Of a stretch of 64,000 nucleotides of DNA, positions 1 through 12,934 are shown in pieces. This DNA is from Spizellomyces punctatus DAOM BR117 (lineage: Eukaryota), in NCBI GenBank assembly GCA_000182565.2, contig KQ257453.1. One strand, 5' to 3'. The notes under the pieces are model-generated. The model was not told the origin of the DNA. It was given only the letters and a program-made list of their open reading frames with translations, and ran no database searches. The translations under genes and the position numbers were made by a program. Each line of letters starts with the position of its first letter. Within the stretch, counting starts at the first letter, position 1.

Positions 1-1486
1 GATATGGGATCCCTCAGCCTTCTCAGTTCAGCGCTTCATCCGAGATTTTATCAACATACAAAAAGCATCGGCAGAAGCCTTGCGCATGCGTAAGAATATA
101 CTCCAACCATCCGCAGCTTCCGCGAGACCATCTGTACATGTTGATCCTAACCACCGAAGAACGGCGTTACCAACGACATTTGACTCACGCCGTAGTGGCT
201 TCAATAATCATGATCGGTCGGAACACCAAGCAGCTGTGTCCATTCTTCGAAAGTCCAGGTTCGAACGAACCGGAGACGACATCAAGCAATTATACAGATA
301 TATGCGGAGAATCAAAGCGTTCGCAAAGCTAAGCGACTTTATTTTGAATCAATTATGTGCTGTCGTACATTTCCAAGCGTTTGCCAAGGACAGAGCTGTC
401 TTTAGACAAGGTGCGTGATCTGCGTGAGGAAAGTTCAGCTGGTTTAGCTCTCATTGGGCTTCATGTCGCTTTTGAACATACAGGTGAAATCGGAACGGCA
501 TGGTACATTATTCTAACTGGTAGTGTCGTGGTTCAAGTCTCTAGCACGTCCCGGATAGAGGATAGTGTGCCGGTGACCCGTTTATATGCAGGGTGAGTCT
601 GGAGTGATAGGACCAGTTGCCTAGTCTAGTAGTTAACATCTACACACAAACCAGTGAAGGTTTTGGCGACGTGGCGTTAACAAATGACAGGCCCAGGGGT
701 GCGACGATCATTACAGCAGAACCCTGCGAACTGATATATATTGAAAAAGAAGATTACAAAGCCTTTTCGTTCATACACGAGAAAGAAATCAAGGAGAAGA
801 TGATGTTTTTGCGTAAAGTTTCGTTATTCCGAGATTGGGCTGCTCCATCATTGAGATCTGTTGCGCAAATCATGAACTGGAGGAAACATTTGCCTGGATC
901 CGTTATTTTACAAGAAGGTAAATGTCATGCATACAATCCTGTTTAAACCTTGTCCTCTTCTTTCAGTTTCCAACTGACACCATTTTACGGTTCAGGTGCT
1001 CCAGTGGATGAGTTTTTTATTATTCGCACCGGCAGCTGCACAGTCCATCGAAACCTTCCCGCCACCGACCTGGCTTCGTCTCACCCTCGTCCGCTTACGG
1101 TTCAGGTCGGAATTGTGCCGACATTATCCTACTTTGGGTCAGAGGGTGTCACACAAGACCTCTCCTCCCAGACGCCCGCCATTTCCCGCTACACTATCCG
1201 TGCCTCCCATGAGGGCATCGTGGAAACTGCTGTGATGACTATCTACGATGCACGAACAAACTTTCGGAGTGCGGTCGAAGATGTTCAATTCCCCGGTCAC
1301 AATGACGACAGCGAACTGATAAGGTTGTACGAAGAGAAGATTGCAAAGAAGAAATGGGACAAGATGAGGAAGGGGATCGTGCGAGGTTTGATCAAAGAGT
1401 GGAGTGGGGACCCCACCGCCAGTAACGATTATTCAATCTTGAAGAATGAGCCAGGAGAGAAACGGGGAAAGACCTGGAGAGTCTAA
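1..1486 (+). CDS. Cyclic-nucleotide-binding domain protein with tandem cNMP domains, 5'-truncated by the window edge
   Basis: Frame is open from position 2. Spliced exons give 'VFRQGEIGTAWYIILTGSV...EGFGDVAL...RGATIITAEPCELIYI' and a second domain 'VILQEG..VDEFFIIRTGSC...YFGSEG'. Introns at about 411-483, 593-654 and 917-994. Confidence 0.8.
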
Positions 1487-1632
1487 AGATTTGCCTCTGG
1501 CGGTTCTTGGGGTTGAAGGTTGAACATAGAGAGCAGTGATAGTTGTATATACGGATGCATGTCGAAATACATAGGTTATGCCATGTGTATTAGGAGCTTC
1601 TAAGCATGTGATGTACATCGCAGCTTGTGATT

Positions 1633-2438
1633 TCATCGGGTAACATCTGCATAACTTACACCCTCCACACTTCCTCCCCGCATTGTCCTCGTTACATTCT
1701 GTTCAAATAGCCGTCGGTTTGATCGTAGCACCTCTGCCGCCTCTGCCGGATGGTATAACGATCAGCTTATGAGATGAGGAGCTATCCATCCATTCACTCC
1801 AACCTTTGTTGAGCGGGTCATCAGCATTCGGTTCCAAAAACAGGTACTGCAATCCCACCATCACTGCGCTGATGTTCAAAACCGGTTTCCAATCTTCTCG
1901 CAAAATGTTGAGACAAACATTTCCCTCCAGGTCAATATTTGGATGATATATCTGCCCGTAAAACATGGTCAGTATTACAGTGAATACCAATGACAGAATC
2001 GGATCGCACCTTTTGTGTGCATAGGACCTTTGGTGGCTCGTGTGGGTAGTTGGTGTTGACTTTGAAGGTGAATCGAAAGATACCGCCCTTGTAGAATCCT
2101 GTACTCATAATTCTACGTCAATATTTCCCGAATACTCAGATTCTCTCAAGAGACTAGATGCCCACCTTCGTCTGGTCGGATAGTTAGCTGAAAGTTGAAC
2201 ACATCGTTCGGATCTGGGAATGACATTGTCATTGTACTTGGCAGTTTGTCCAGTTCACCCAAGTCTACATATTTCAATTTAAGCACATCAGTATATTTAT
2301 TCTTTGTAATACATAATAGCCAACTTGAATGTTACCCTTTTGCAATCGGATTTGGGCTGCAGTCGTCTTGGGTTTTTTGGGCCCACCTTCACCCCCACCC
2401 TCCGCCTTCTTTTTCTTTAAAGACATAATATTGAGCAT
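1633..2438 (-). CDS. UBC12: NEDD8-conjugating E2 enzyme Ubc12
   Basis: N-terminus '[14 protein letters not shown]...[10 protein letters not shown]'. Active site '[25 protein letters not shown]'. C-terminus '[16 protein letters not shown]'. Multi-exon. Confidence 0.93.
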
Positions 2439-3190
2439 GTTGGAAGCTTTGCGATGGGGTTATCAGGAGAGAGTTTGAAGCCAAAAAAATCTCGAGATTT
2501 TCAACGTTGGGCAGTCGACGTAATGGCCAAAGGTTAAGAAATTGGATGTGACTTTGTCCCAAAGACCAGCGTTTGGACCGCGCAAGGCCAATTATGACCC
2601 GTTTTGGAAAGAGATTGCATTCCAACCGATTTGCTTACGTTTGCGAGCGGACCTTCCTCGTTTTATCTCGTATTGTTTCTTGTTGCTTTCCAGGAATAGC
2701 GCACCAGGTGGAGATAGCAGATGCATAATGCTGTCTGCTATAATGTTATGATGTTAATTTGATTGGATATACTCTAGAATGGTGTGATGGTATTGAACAG
2801 GCGAGATGCCTGTATGAGGGGCACTCTAGATCTCCATCCTCGACCTTTGTGTCGATGCAAGTACAGGAAAAGCATTAGGTAACGAAGGTGTACAGAGAAT
2901 ACATATTCTACACCTATCTTGTTCTGCATCAACTGTGAAGGACATTTCCTCGAACAAAGTTCCACATGCATCTGCCTTTAACTATAATGTAACACATCCA
3001 AGTTTCTAGGTAGGAGGCAGCAATAGCTCCTTTTAATCGTCATTTCTGTTTTTACTGGCCCCAACCGTTCCTCCGCCACACCGTTCAGGAGAGGGACAAG
3101 GTGACCGAGCAGTCCTTGAAAAAAGTCATCAACTGACTCCCTCAAAAAAGCAAGCGACAAATCATATTCATCGTTTAAAAACCTTTCAAT

Positions 3191-3984
3191 ATGCCTGCTC
3201 CTCCCGTGCTAGCTAACCCGCAGCTCTCTGATCCCCAACCGCAACATTATAGTCAGCAACCGCACACTCCTACTCGCACCAACGTCCTTCAGCTTCCACA
3301 AATAACCAAAGAATTGGCTTCGCTGGAACGCTCCGTGGCGGAGGCCAAAGCGGCATCTCTAAAAGAAGAGCGGACGTTGGTGGACGCCCAACGTCTTGCT
3401 ATCCAGGAAATAGAGCGTACTGCTCAGGAGGAGGAACAATTTCTAGAAGGTGTGGAACTGGAGCGAGGTGAAGAGGAGCAGGAAGTTTTATTGCACGGTG
3501 CAGTGGATGAGTTGATGCGGCATGGAGTGACCGACGTAGCCGGACGACTACCAATGGGATTAGGACAAATGAACCAGAACAAGGTGGACGACGCTGGTAA
3601 ACAGGCATGGCAACAGCAAACGTCGCAGATGTACCGTACTTCTGGCCATCTCCCACAGCGCTTTGAAAAGCCTGGTAATGCATCAGTATATCATTCCACT
3701 TCATTCTCTTCAATACTGAACATTCTTCTCATCTTTGCAGCCCTCTGGCGATACGAAATACAACGGTCACATCCCCTGTATACCACGACAGCCGGCGATT
3801 ACGGCAAATTTCATCCTACCGTTCATGAAATGCCGACAGCGTTTCATGGCCAATCATCGAAATTTTCAAAGGTACGTGCGGAGAATCATCACCCATTGGA
3901 CATGCTGACTCAACCATATTTCTTGACCTCCAGCATTTAAATCAAGCAGGTCCTTACCGCAATTGCTCCCTCAACATCAAATAA
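3191..3984 (+). CDS. Piercer of microtubule wall (PIERCE1/2, FAP182-like) ciliary microtubule inner protein with N-terminal coiled-coil extension
   Basis: C-terminal 'HPLYTTTAGDYGKFHPTVHEMPTAFHGQSSKFSK|HLNQAGPYRNCSLNIK*' matches the PIERCE/DUF4490 motif (Y.T....YG...PTVHEMP..F......FS). Introns at about 3676-3740 and 3872-3934. Confidence 0.8.
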
Positions 3985-4086
3985 ACAAACATGTATTCGG
4001 CATTTAATAGAATAAAGAAAGAAAGACTTCACAGCTCAATACATACATAAAAGCTCGCTACTATTTACAAACTGTCCATGAGTGGC

Positions 4087-7059
4087 TCATTCCATTTTAA
4101 ACCTTTTTCGGAAATATCTCTGCGACAAAATCGTGGTCGCTATTCCCAAGACAGTGAGTATGCAACCGATGCCCAGTTGCAGGGCCTCGTAATTTGTCGA
4201 TGCTACTTTGAACAACCTCATACGGATGCCATTGGTGGCCCTAAATCAACACGGATCATTCGATTAGCAAGGAGAGCGTGCAACAACCTTTTCGCTTGGT
4301 ACTTACGCAGTGCCAAACTTGCTTTGAGTCCATGACGGCTTTGTGGGATCCACTACTTCAAAAACAGCCTTCTGATAATTCTTCTCAATTCCCGTTCCAT
4401 AAGCCCAATGAAACCGAGCAAACCCCTGTGTACATTTGCCCACCGACGTCCCATTTGCCAACTTGCTGTAGGACATACAGGCGTAATCGGTCTGTCGTAA
4501 GGTCGCGCTTAGACTCAAGCAAAAAAAAGCAGCGGCTTTCATCTTTACTTACTGGACATTGGTCGTCGCGAATACATGGGCTAGTCCTCTCAGTTGCTGT
4601 CAAATTTGTCATTATTCGATTGATTAAGAATGGCATCACGTTTGTGTCGTAGTTGAACGTTCCCGAGTATGCTGTATCGGTGAGCGGGGGGCCCAAGACC
4701 TCCAACGTGTCAATTACTAGAATAGAGTCCATTCAATTAGCTCCTTTGAACACGTCAATACCAGCAAAGGAGACGGAGCGTTACATTGCGGGTACAGTTC
4801 GGCGACCAACGAACACGTCAAGTTCCTCGTGAAACAGTTCATTAGTTCCGCAACCTTGATTGAAGGGTGCGTTGAGCTGAGCACTCAAGCATAATAAAGC
4901 ATGCATAGAGATGCCTACCAGCGTGCAGTTTGCAGACACAATCAGCGGTACTGTGGTATTACCGCTAGCGGAAGCGAAAACTGATCGGGCGGTCTTGTTC
5001 GCAAGAGCACACATGAGTGCGACATTGTCGGCATCCCATAAGGATCCATCGTCAAATTCCGAATTATAGTATCTATTGCAACAATTGGTAAATTTTGAAG
5101 CTGAAAGTGAAAAGTCGGGAGGGGAGTACAAACCTATTCGAATATCTGTCACGAAAATCTCCAAAAACAACAGCAGGTATATTCTTTTTTGCCAAGAACG
5201 CCATTGCACTTGATGGGGGTAATCTGAAATTCACCCCATCACCTGCTGCGGGTACCGTATTGACATTCAGCGGCGACGATCCATTGAACCCCGGAGCAGC
5301 AGTGGTGCCAGCAAACATGTTCATTAATGCTGTCGTCTGAGGATTCACTTCGTCGACATGCATGAATATGGTTGGGTTCGGAGGTAGATTGGGAACATCG
5401 ATTCCGCCTACGGAATCGAATTCGATGATAGATTCGATGTTGTTAAATTGAATGGAGGTGAAATCCAGATCGTAAAAGCACGGGTTGGTGCAGTTAGCCA
5501 AAGCGAGCGGACAAGAAGGAGTGGCCGTCTCGCCTCGCTCCTTGCAGACAAGCGGTCTTGTGATGTCCTGAACAAAGCGCTGTGACCCCGCAAAACCCCA
5601 AGTCTCGGCATCGAAAAAAGTAAACAAGATATGCTTCGCCAAAGGTACGGCCTCAGGGGACTTGAAATACTATGGCGCCCATGTCAACAAGGACGTCTCT
5701 ATGCGCTCGAAAGAGTGTCCTTACCTGGCTCAATGCATCCGCCGTCGCCAGCGCTGTTACTAATCCAGTCTTTGGTGACCTGGCCCCAATCGCCATGGTA
5801 GGCAATTTTGAACCAATTCCAAAGTCAGAAATAAACGATTTGCTATCTATTTTTGCGGATACCACTATGAGTGGCTTATTATCATTCAAGGTATTATTGC
5901 TGTCAAGGACCTTCGAGAAAGTGGACCACACTGACAAACCACCGATGGGATCGCACCAACCTAGGAAGTCGGGGGAAGAATTCATATCCGCCCCACCGTA
6001 TTCAAATACCCTACCAACTACATACCTCTTTGAAGGCAGACAGCAGAGTTCCCAGCGGCCCACATAAAAGCGTCAAACTCGACAGCATAAAGCGGATAAG
6101 AGACATAGCCGCCCCGGGCATTTGCCTCTACAGCCTACACATGGATGAGATGCATGATCGCCACAAAGCAAGCTGCCAAGAATTACCTCTTTCAGTGGGG
6201 TAATACTACGCAAATTTGATCCATCCTGCGAAATTCCAAAAATTGGAAAGTCAAAATCTTGGAACGAGAGCGAGTTTCCCTAATAGTTCACAGGCCAATT
6301 AGCGTCTAACATCTTTTAACGTTCAAGAAACCATAGCCATACATCTGGGTTCCACTGGTGCCAGGAACTAGGAGGTTGATTTGAATAGAGTCCGAACTGG
6401 CAATTGGGGCATGTTGAGTCACTGGACCAAGTAGCTGGGTCAGGATACCCAAATCCGTCTTTGACCAGGATAATTCCAGCCATCTTTTTTGAATTTCGTA
6501 ATTTAGCTACGTTGGACCTGTTCAGGAAAATGGAGCCGTTTAATTTGCTATTTCACGGTGGGTGTAAGGCACTACCAACACACGCACGGCGTAAATACGA
6601 GATATGGCATGACAATGGCGTAATCCCTCGATGGAGCATCCTTGATGAAGGCGTCGAGATCGTTGTTGTTATTAATCTGATACAAGATTCCAGTGGTGCC
6701 TTTCTTCGCTATAGGATCGTGAGTCGACCGTCGCTCTGCCAGTCAACGCTCCCTGCCGTGATACTTACTCTGGCAACCGACAGTCCCGCTGGCATGCAAG
6801 AGTCTGAGACAGCTACTGACGGGTACACCTTGGTACATTGCGTCCGCAAGATGGGCATTCTGGGCCGCAACTGAACAGGTTCCTGCGAGATATACCGACG
6901 GTTCATGTTTAAAATGACATGAAATAGGTTGGCCTTCCCATCCCAACGGCTCCCAACCTTACCAACAAGTGTCAAAGCCAGTACCAGTGCAGCTAGGAGA
7001 GACCGACCGTCCAAAAGACGGAATTTGGCGGGTCGTCGCCCGCTTGTTCTCCCATGCAT
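4087..7059 (-). CDS. NCSTN: Nicastrin (gamma-secretase subunit)
   Basis: Signal peptide, then 'SCLRLLHASGTVGCQ', 'CDPIGGLSVWST', 'ILFTFFDAETWGFAGSQRFVQDI' (DYIGS-equivalent), 'LPPSSAMAFL', 'PSWTQSKF', and a C-terminal TM helix 'LQLGIGCILTVLGIATTIL' with a short tail. Many exons. Confidence 0.9.
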
Positions 7060-7357
7060 TATCTTGGGTGCATGTAGGAGCAAACTTGAGAATATCGGCA
7101 AACCACCACCCACCACAAGAAAGGCACACGATATTGTTGCACCTCAGTATTTCAATGTCAAGACTTTTATCGGAATGCAAGATGACTTTGGCGGCTGTTG
7201 AAGGGATCTGAGGACCTTGCACATTGCGGCTTACTCGATTTCGAACATTCGCTTTGGATATATATGGTTAAATTACAGTCGTCATGGTTGCTGACCAGAT
7301 CTCCGCGCCAGTTGCCAGTTTATAGTGTTTGCGAAATTTCAAAGTTTTTGAGGAAGG

Positions 7358-10238
7358 ATGGCCTTAGTGGCTAGGTGCAATTGGTTTGTTGGTCGCGGGA
7401 GCGAGTTGTCGGGGGTGATAGGACCTCTGTTTGTGCGATTGGGACAGCATGGAAGAAGGTCTGATACCGGCAAGGTGACGAGGTCGCCAATTGCACGCCA
7501 TGTGGCAAGTGGAAGAGCAACGCTATGTCGTCAGTGTTCAAGAAAGTGGGGCTCCATAGAGCTCAATTCTCAAAGGCGCCCCTACTCCTCGGTATGTGTG
7601 GACATCTATCACATCCGCTACTATGCTTGTAAACACGCTCAATATCGTTGTATATGTGCTTTTTGATATGCTACAGAAAGCAAATGTACTAGACTTGTCA
7701 GAGTTCCCACCAGAAAAAGTGCGCAACTTTAGGTTAGTTGTCCCATGCAAAACGATTCTCATAAGAACATATTTGAGCCAACACTTTTGAAACTGTTGCA
7801 GCATCATAGCACATATTGGTAACTAGTTTACTTGCATGCACATGGACGTGCGGTTTGTAAGACTCAGCCTCTCGCTTTCTTCTTGGAAAGACCATGGAAA
7901 GAGTACGCTGGCGGATCGACTACTAGAGAAAACCGGTAAAGGGGATTTGAGAAAGACGAGTAGCGCCTTTTGTTTGAAGCTCATTTCGTGCTACATGTAG
8001 GAACGATATCAAAGGATGCTCTCAACAAGCAGTTTCTGGATAAACTCAAAGTTGAGCGGGAGCGTGGAATTACCGTAAAAGCTCAGGTCCGTGGGATATC
8101 AAAAACGATGACTATTATCAAAGCCAGCTCGTCATGACTCTGAACCTGGAAATGCAGACAGCATCCATGTTTTATACCCATAATGGAGAGAAGTACCTTC
8201 TTAATCTCATCGACACGCCAGGGCATGTCGATTTCAGCTATGAGGTTTCGCGATCCCTGGCGGCATGTCAAGGGTAACGTCCACTCCGCTGTACCATTGC
8301 TTCACATCACCGCATGTATCACTAATGTCATTTAGGACTCTACTGCTAGTTGACGCATGCCAGGGTATCCAAGCCCAAACTGTCGCCAATTTCTTTCTCG
8401 CCTTTGGAGAAGACTTATTCATCGTCCCCGTCATTAACAAAGTCGACCTGCCTTCCGCCGATCCCGAAAAAGTATCGCGCCAAATAGAAGCCGCTTTCGA
8501 ATTGGATACAACCAACATTTTGTCCATATCAGCCAAAACCGGTCTTGGTGTTGAAAAAGTCTTGGTTGACATTGTTAATCAAATACCCCCGCCCGTGGGT
8601 GACCGCTCCGCACCCTTCCGTGCACTCCTTTTCGATAATTGGTATGACCAGTATGTTGGGGTTGTCTGCTTGATTGCGGTTCGCGACGGCACATTGAAAA
8701 AGGGAGACAAGCTTGTATCAGCACATACTGGCAACACGTACGACGTCACAGATCTTGGAATCATGTACCCCGAACAACAAACTACCACATCCCTCCATGC
8801 GGGACATGTAGGGTACGTCATTCTGGGTATGAAAACCACCCGTGATGCGCAGATTGGAGATACATTCTACAAGGAAGGTTCACCGGTTAAAGCCTTTCCT
8901 GGGTTCCAACCAGCAAAGAGCATGGTGTTTGCGGGATTGTACCCTATGGACGCGGCAGATTACACTAAACTCCAAGAAGCGCTAGATCGCCTGACACTGA
9001 ACGATGCAAGCGTCAGTGTAGCGCGTGAATCAAGTTCCGCATTGGGACAAGGGTTTCGTCTTGGTTTCCTGGGCACATTACATATGGATGTCTTTCGAGA
9101 GCGATTGGAGGAAGAGTACGAGGCGACGGTCATTAACACGTCGCCGACTGTGCCCTATATTGTACGATACACGAATGGACAAGAAAAGGTCGTACGCAAT
9201 CCGGCAGAGTTTCCCGAACTTGACGAACATCCAAAAATTGCTGCCTTTTTGGAACCGATGGTTGCAGGGACCCTTATCTTCCCGTCACAGTACCTAGGAA
9301 CCATGATGGATTTGTGTGGGGTATGCAAAATGTCTACTTTGATTCATCTCCTCGAGTTCTAGCTGACGTGAATTCTGCCAAATAGTCCCATAGAGGTGAA
9401 CAACAGGATTACACTTATATTGACGACAATCGCGTAATGATGAGATATAAACTCCCCATGTCGGAAATCCTTACTGATTTCTACGATCAGCTCAAATCTC
9501 GAACGTCAGGATACGCTAGGTAACATTTTTTTTTCCAAACCAACCCATTGCATTCCATATTCCCAAAATTTCGCTAACGGTTGCTATGAAGTTTCGATTA
9601 CGAAGAAATCGGATTCGAAGCATCTGATTTGGTCAAGGTAACGCTTCACATATTACAATCCTCTATCGAACGGTGCTAATGATCCCATAGGTAAACATTC
9701 TCCTCAACTCTAAACCCGTCGATGCACTTGCGACTATCGTACATCGATCCCATGCCGAACGTGTCGCAAAAGAATGGGCCAAGCGTCTCAAAAATGTCAT
9801 GAGCAAGTGAGTCATCTTTTTGAGATGCTTGTGCAATTCGGATACTAATGTCGTGGGTTTTAGACAATTGTTTGAAATCATTATTCAAGCTTCTGTTAAT
9901 AATCGGATCGTGTGCCGAGAATCGTAAGTTGCGAATGAAATTGCTTGGGTTAATCAAATTGATAAACTCTAGTTGCTTTTGAAACAATAGTATTAGCGCC
10001 GTCCGCAAAGATGTCACAGCTAAATGCGTAAGTTTCTTTTTTGCTTTGCTATTACGCCACCTCGATGTTTGATCTAACAGGCAAATTCTAGTACGGAGGA
10101 GATATTACGCGTAAAATGAAGCTCCTAGAACGTCAAAAGGCGGGTAAAAAGCGGTTGAAAACAGTAGCAGGGGGAGTGCAGCTCCCCCAAGAGGCCTTCT
10201 TAACGTTGATGAAGGGATCAAGTGGGAAACAAAAGTGA
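7358..10238 (+). CDS. GUF1: Mitochondrial translation factor GUF1 (LepA/EF4)
   Basis: Spliced '[21 protein letters not shown]', '[11 protein letters not shown]', '[11 protein letters not shown]', '[17 protein letters not shown]', '[28 protein letters not shown]'. Arg-rich presequence. Includes a 17-nt exon at 7802-7818. Confidence 0.95.
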
Positions 10239-10515
10239 AAGGCTACAGTAGATGGCGAGGCATAACATGTATTTATCTTCTTTTTTTTTTCTTTGTGTAT
10301 ATCGGCATAGTTATTTATCTGTGACGGAAATCTTGATTCATAGAAAACATACAAGTCGTTTCAAAGGGTTCTTTTCTTTTATAAACTTGTCAAAATGTAA
10401 AAAGTTGCTATGTAAAAAAGTAAAAGGAACATCCCCTTCCCGCGGGAACCTTACACCTATCTACAGACCACCCAACAAAGTTGTACATGCCTGTCCAGTT
10501 AAGTGTACATGTCCA

Positions 10516-12345
10516 TTAATCCTCCCGTTCGTTCTTGTCAGCCAGGGTGGCAGTAGAATCCCCCCTCCCTACATGAACCGTCTCAACATCTGGTGCTGGG
10601 TGGTGGACTACCCGCAAAGGCCACCCAAGCACCTTCCTAACAGCCAATTCCACAAACACGGCAAGAGCGACACCAACCATCGAAGCCACCAACGCAATGA
10701 TAAAAGGCGGCCAGTCATAGACCAAATAAAAGTATTGCCGGACACCGTCGGCAAAGTTGCCCATTTTTATCGCCCCATACGTCGCGACGGAAAAGAACGA
10801 AAAGATGCATCCAAACAAGACCGACCGACCATGGACGTATCCTTCCAACGGTCGGACAAGCCCCAATAGCAACGGTAACGTCGATGTGGACGTGACCATA
10901 TTCGTAATCAAATACAATTGATTGATGTTATATCCTTGCAAGGCCACGACAACGATCGGGATATTGATGAGGACCACCGAAGACCGGGCAGCCCATAATG
11001 GAAAGCGGGGGAGACCGAGTGTCATGGCAAGGGAAACGACGGTATCCGTTAACGCATTCTGGAACGAATCAACGGCGGATTCGTTCATTGTTACAGCAAT
11101 CAGGACAACAAGGATCACAATCCATGTATCGTTGGTAGTTCCGCCCTTTGTGATCAAATCAAAGAACGCGAGATTGGAGTCGGCACCAATGTATCCAACC
11201 CATCCGGCCAGGAACCCGCCAAAGCCAAAGAGGAAAGCGACTGTGGTGGCCATGCAGGCTCCAATCGCCGCGCCGCGGCGGAGTGTACGTGCATCAGCGG
11301 AAGCCCACACGCGTTGCCTGCAGTTAACTGGAGCTTAGAATATATAAACGGATCCGAGATAAACGCACGCAAAACACTACCAAACAGCATCCGAATAAAA
11401 GGTCGCTGCCGTCAAGGACACACCCATTGTCACAATCGACGACCAACCCGCATAGTTTGCATCCAAGTTTGGCGGCAACGGAGGGCGAGGGTCCGGTAAC
11501 CGAAACGTCACAGCAATGTACACCATCGTAACACTCAACAGCAAAAGCGAAAACATGCCCTGGAATTGGTCCGTGACAATCGATACGTACAGACCACCTG
11601 CTGCTGTGTACAACATGGTCACGACTCCGACAATGATGATGGGAATGAGACGGTTCAGGCCGAGGACCGAGGCAAAGAGGGCGCCTACGGCTGTATATTC
11701 AGCGGTGAGATCTGTGATGCAAACAAGAAATTGTTAGGCCCAGGTTAGACCTTGCTGTACCGCCTAGCTGACTCACTAATGGCCATGTTGAGGAGCACGA
11801 CGAGGGTGACATATATCTGCGTAGTGCGACCAAACCGGCGTCTAGCAAAATCTCCCCATGACATGATCTGGGGGTGCCTATCCCGAATATGTTGTCCAAC
11901 ATGCGCAACCTGTACGACGAGTTTCAATCAGATTTACACAAAAAGTCATAGTTGCCAAAATAAATGGCTTACGAACCAGGACAAGCGGAACACCAATCGC
12001 GACGGCATAGCAAATCAATCCAATGTACCCAGCACCATATGTTGGATCCGCCGTATAAGCCGGTAACGAAAATACCACCCTATCCACAGACACATTAGTA
12101 CACGCACGCACATCAAAATCAATCCCTTTCAACAACAACACATACCAAGACCCAGTCGCACTCGCAAAAAAACTCCAAGCAATACGACCCGTCGACACAG
12201 ACTTTCGCGCAGTCAAGAAAAACTCTGTATCCTCTTTTTTACCCTTTTTCGATCGCCATCGCGCAATTCCCAAAGCCAGACATGCGAAAAAGAGGACGCA
12301 TATGATAGAGAGTGGGAGGGCGACGTTTTGGAGTGTGGACCCCAT
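10516..12345 (-). CDS. Sodium:solute symporter family transporter (DUR3-like urea/polyamine transporter)
   Basis: 'EFFLTARKSV', 'LYTAAGGLYVSIVTDQFQG', 'WQRVWASAD', 'AVTMNESAVDSFQNAL', and about 13-15 hydrophobic segments. Confidence 0.85.
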
Positions 12346-12934
12346 GGCGGGCGGGGAGTGTAGATGTTCGAGCAGGCGACCGTCGTTAAACCCGTACTCG
12401 TCGTCGTCGTCGTCTCGTTGTTTGTTGGCGGCGGCAGCGGCGGCGGGTGTCCCGCGGGAAATCGGCGAGTCGTCGTTCCCCTTTTTATGCTTCCCCCTAC
12501 CCGCCCTCTCCAAAAAAAAAAAAAAAGCAGAGCCGATGGGCGTTCACCTCCGATGCCTACTAAGCCTCCCATGGGAGACGCCCATGTTTTTATTCGTGGG
12601 AGGGCGTTCTCATGTGAGTCCACGACTTTCTTTCAATCGAACCAAGAATCGAACCCCTCCTTCATGACAATGGTTCATGACAAAACGAATGGACAAAAGG
12701 TCTTGCTTGCCAACGTCCAAACGATGGAAATAAAGGTCACTGCCGTTCCATGTCGCCATCCATCGAAAGCTTCCCTAGCAAGTGTATTCTGCCCGTCCCA
12801 CACTTCAAACAATATTATACAAGACAACAGAAACTAACCACCATTACATACATCCATCATCTAAGCAGCCCCATAGAAAAAAAAGAAATCCGTCTCAGCC
12901 AAGTGTTGACATGTCTATGAGACATGTAGTAGTG

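Noticed and set aside
2520..3110. Splice-like signals suggesting an extra small gene between UBC12 and the PIERCE-like gene
   Set aside because: I could not assemble a consistent open spliced frame or a recognisable product.
12346..12623. N-terminal extension or upstream ORFs of the SSS transporter
   Set aside because: The in-frame extension starts at a non-ATG codon beside a poly(T) tract and consists of trinucleotide repeats. More likely 5' UTR.
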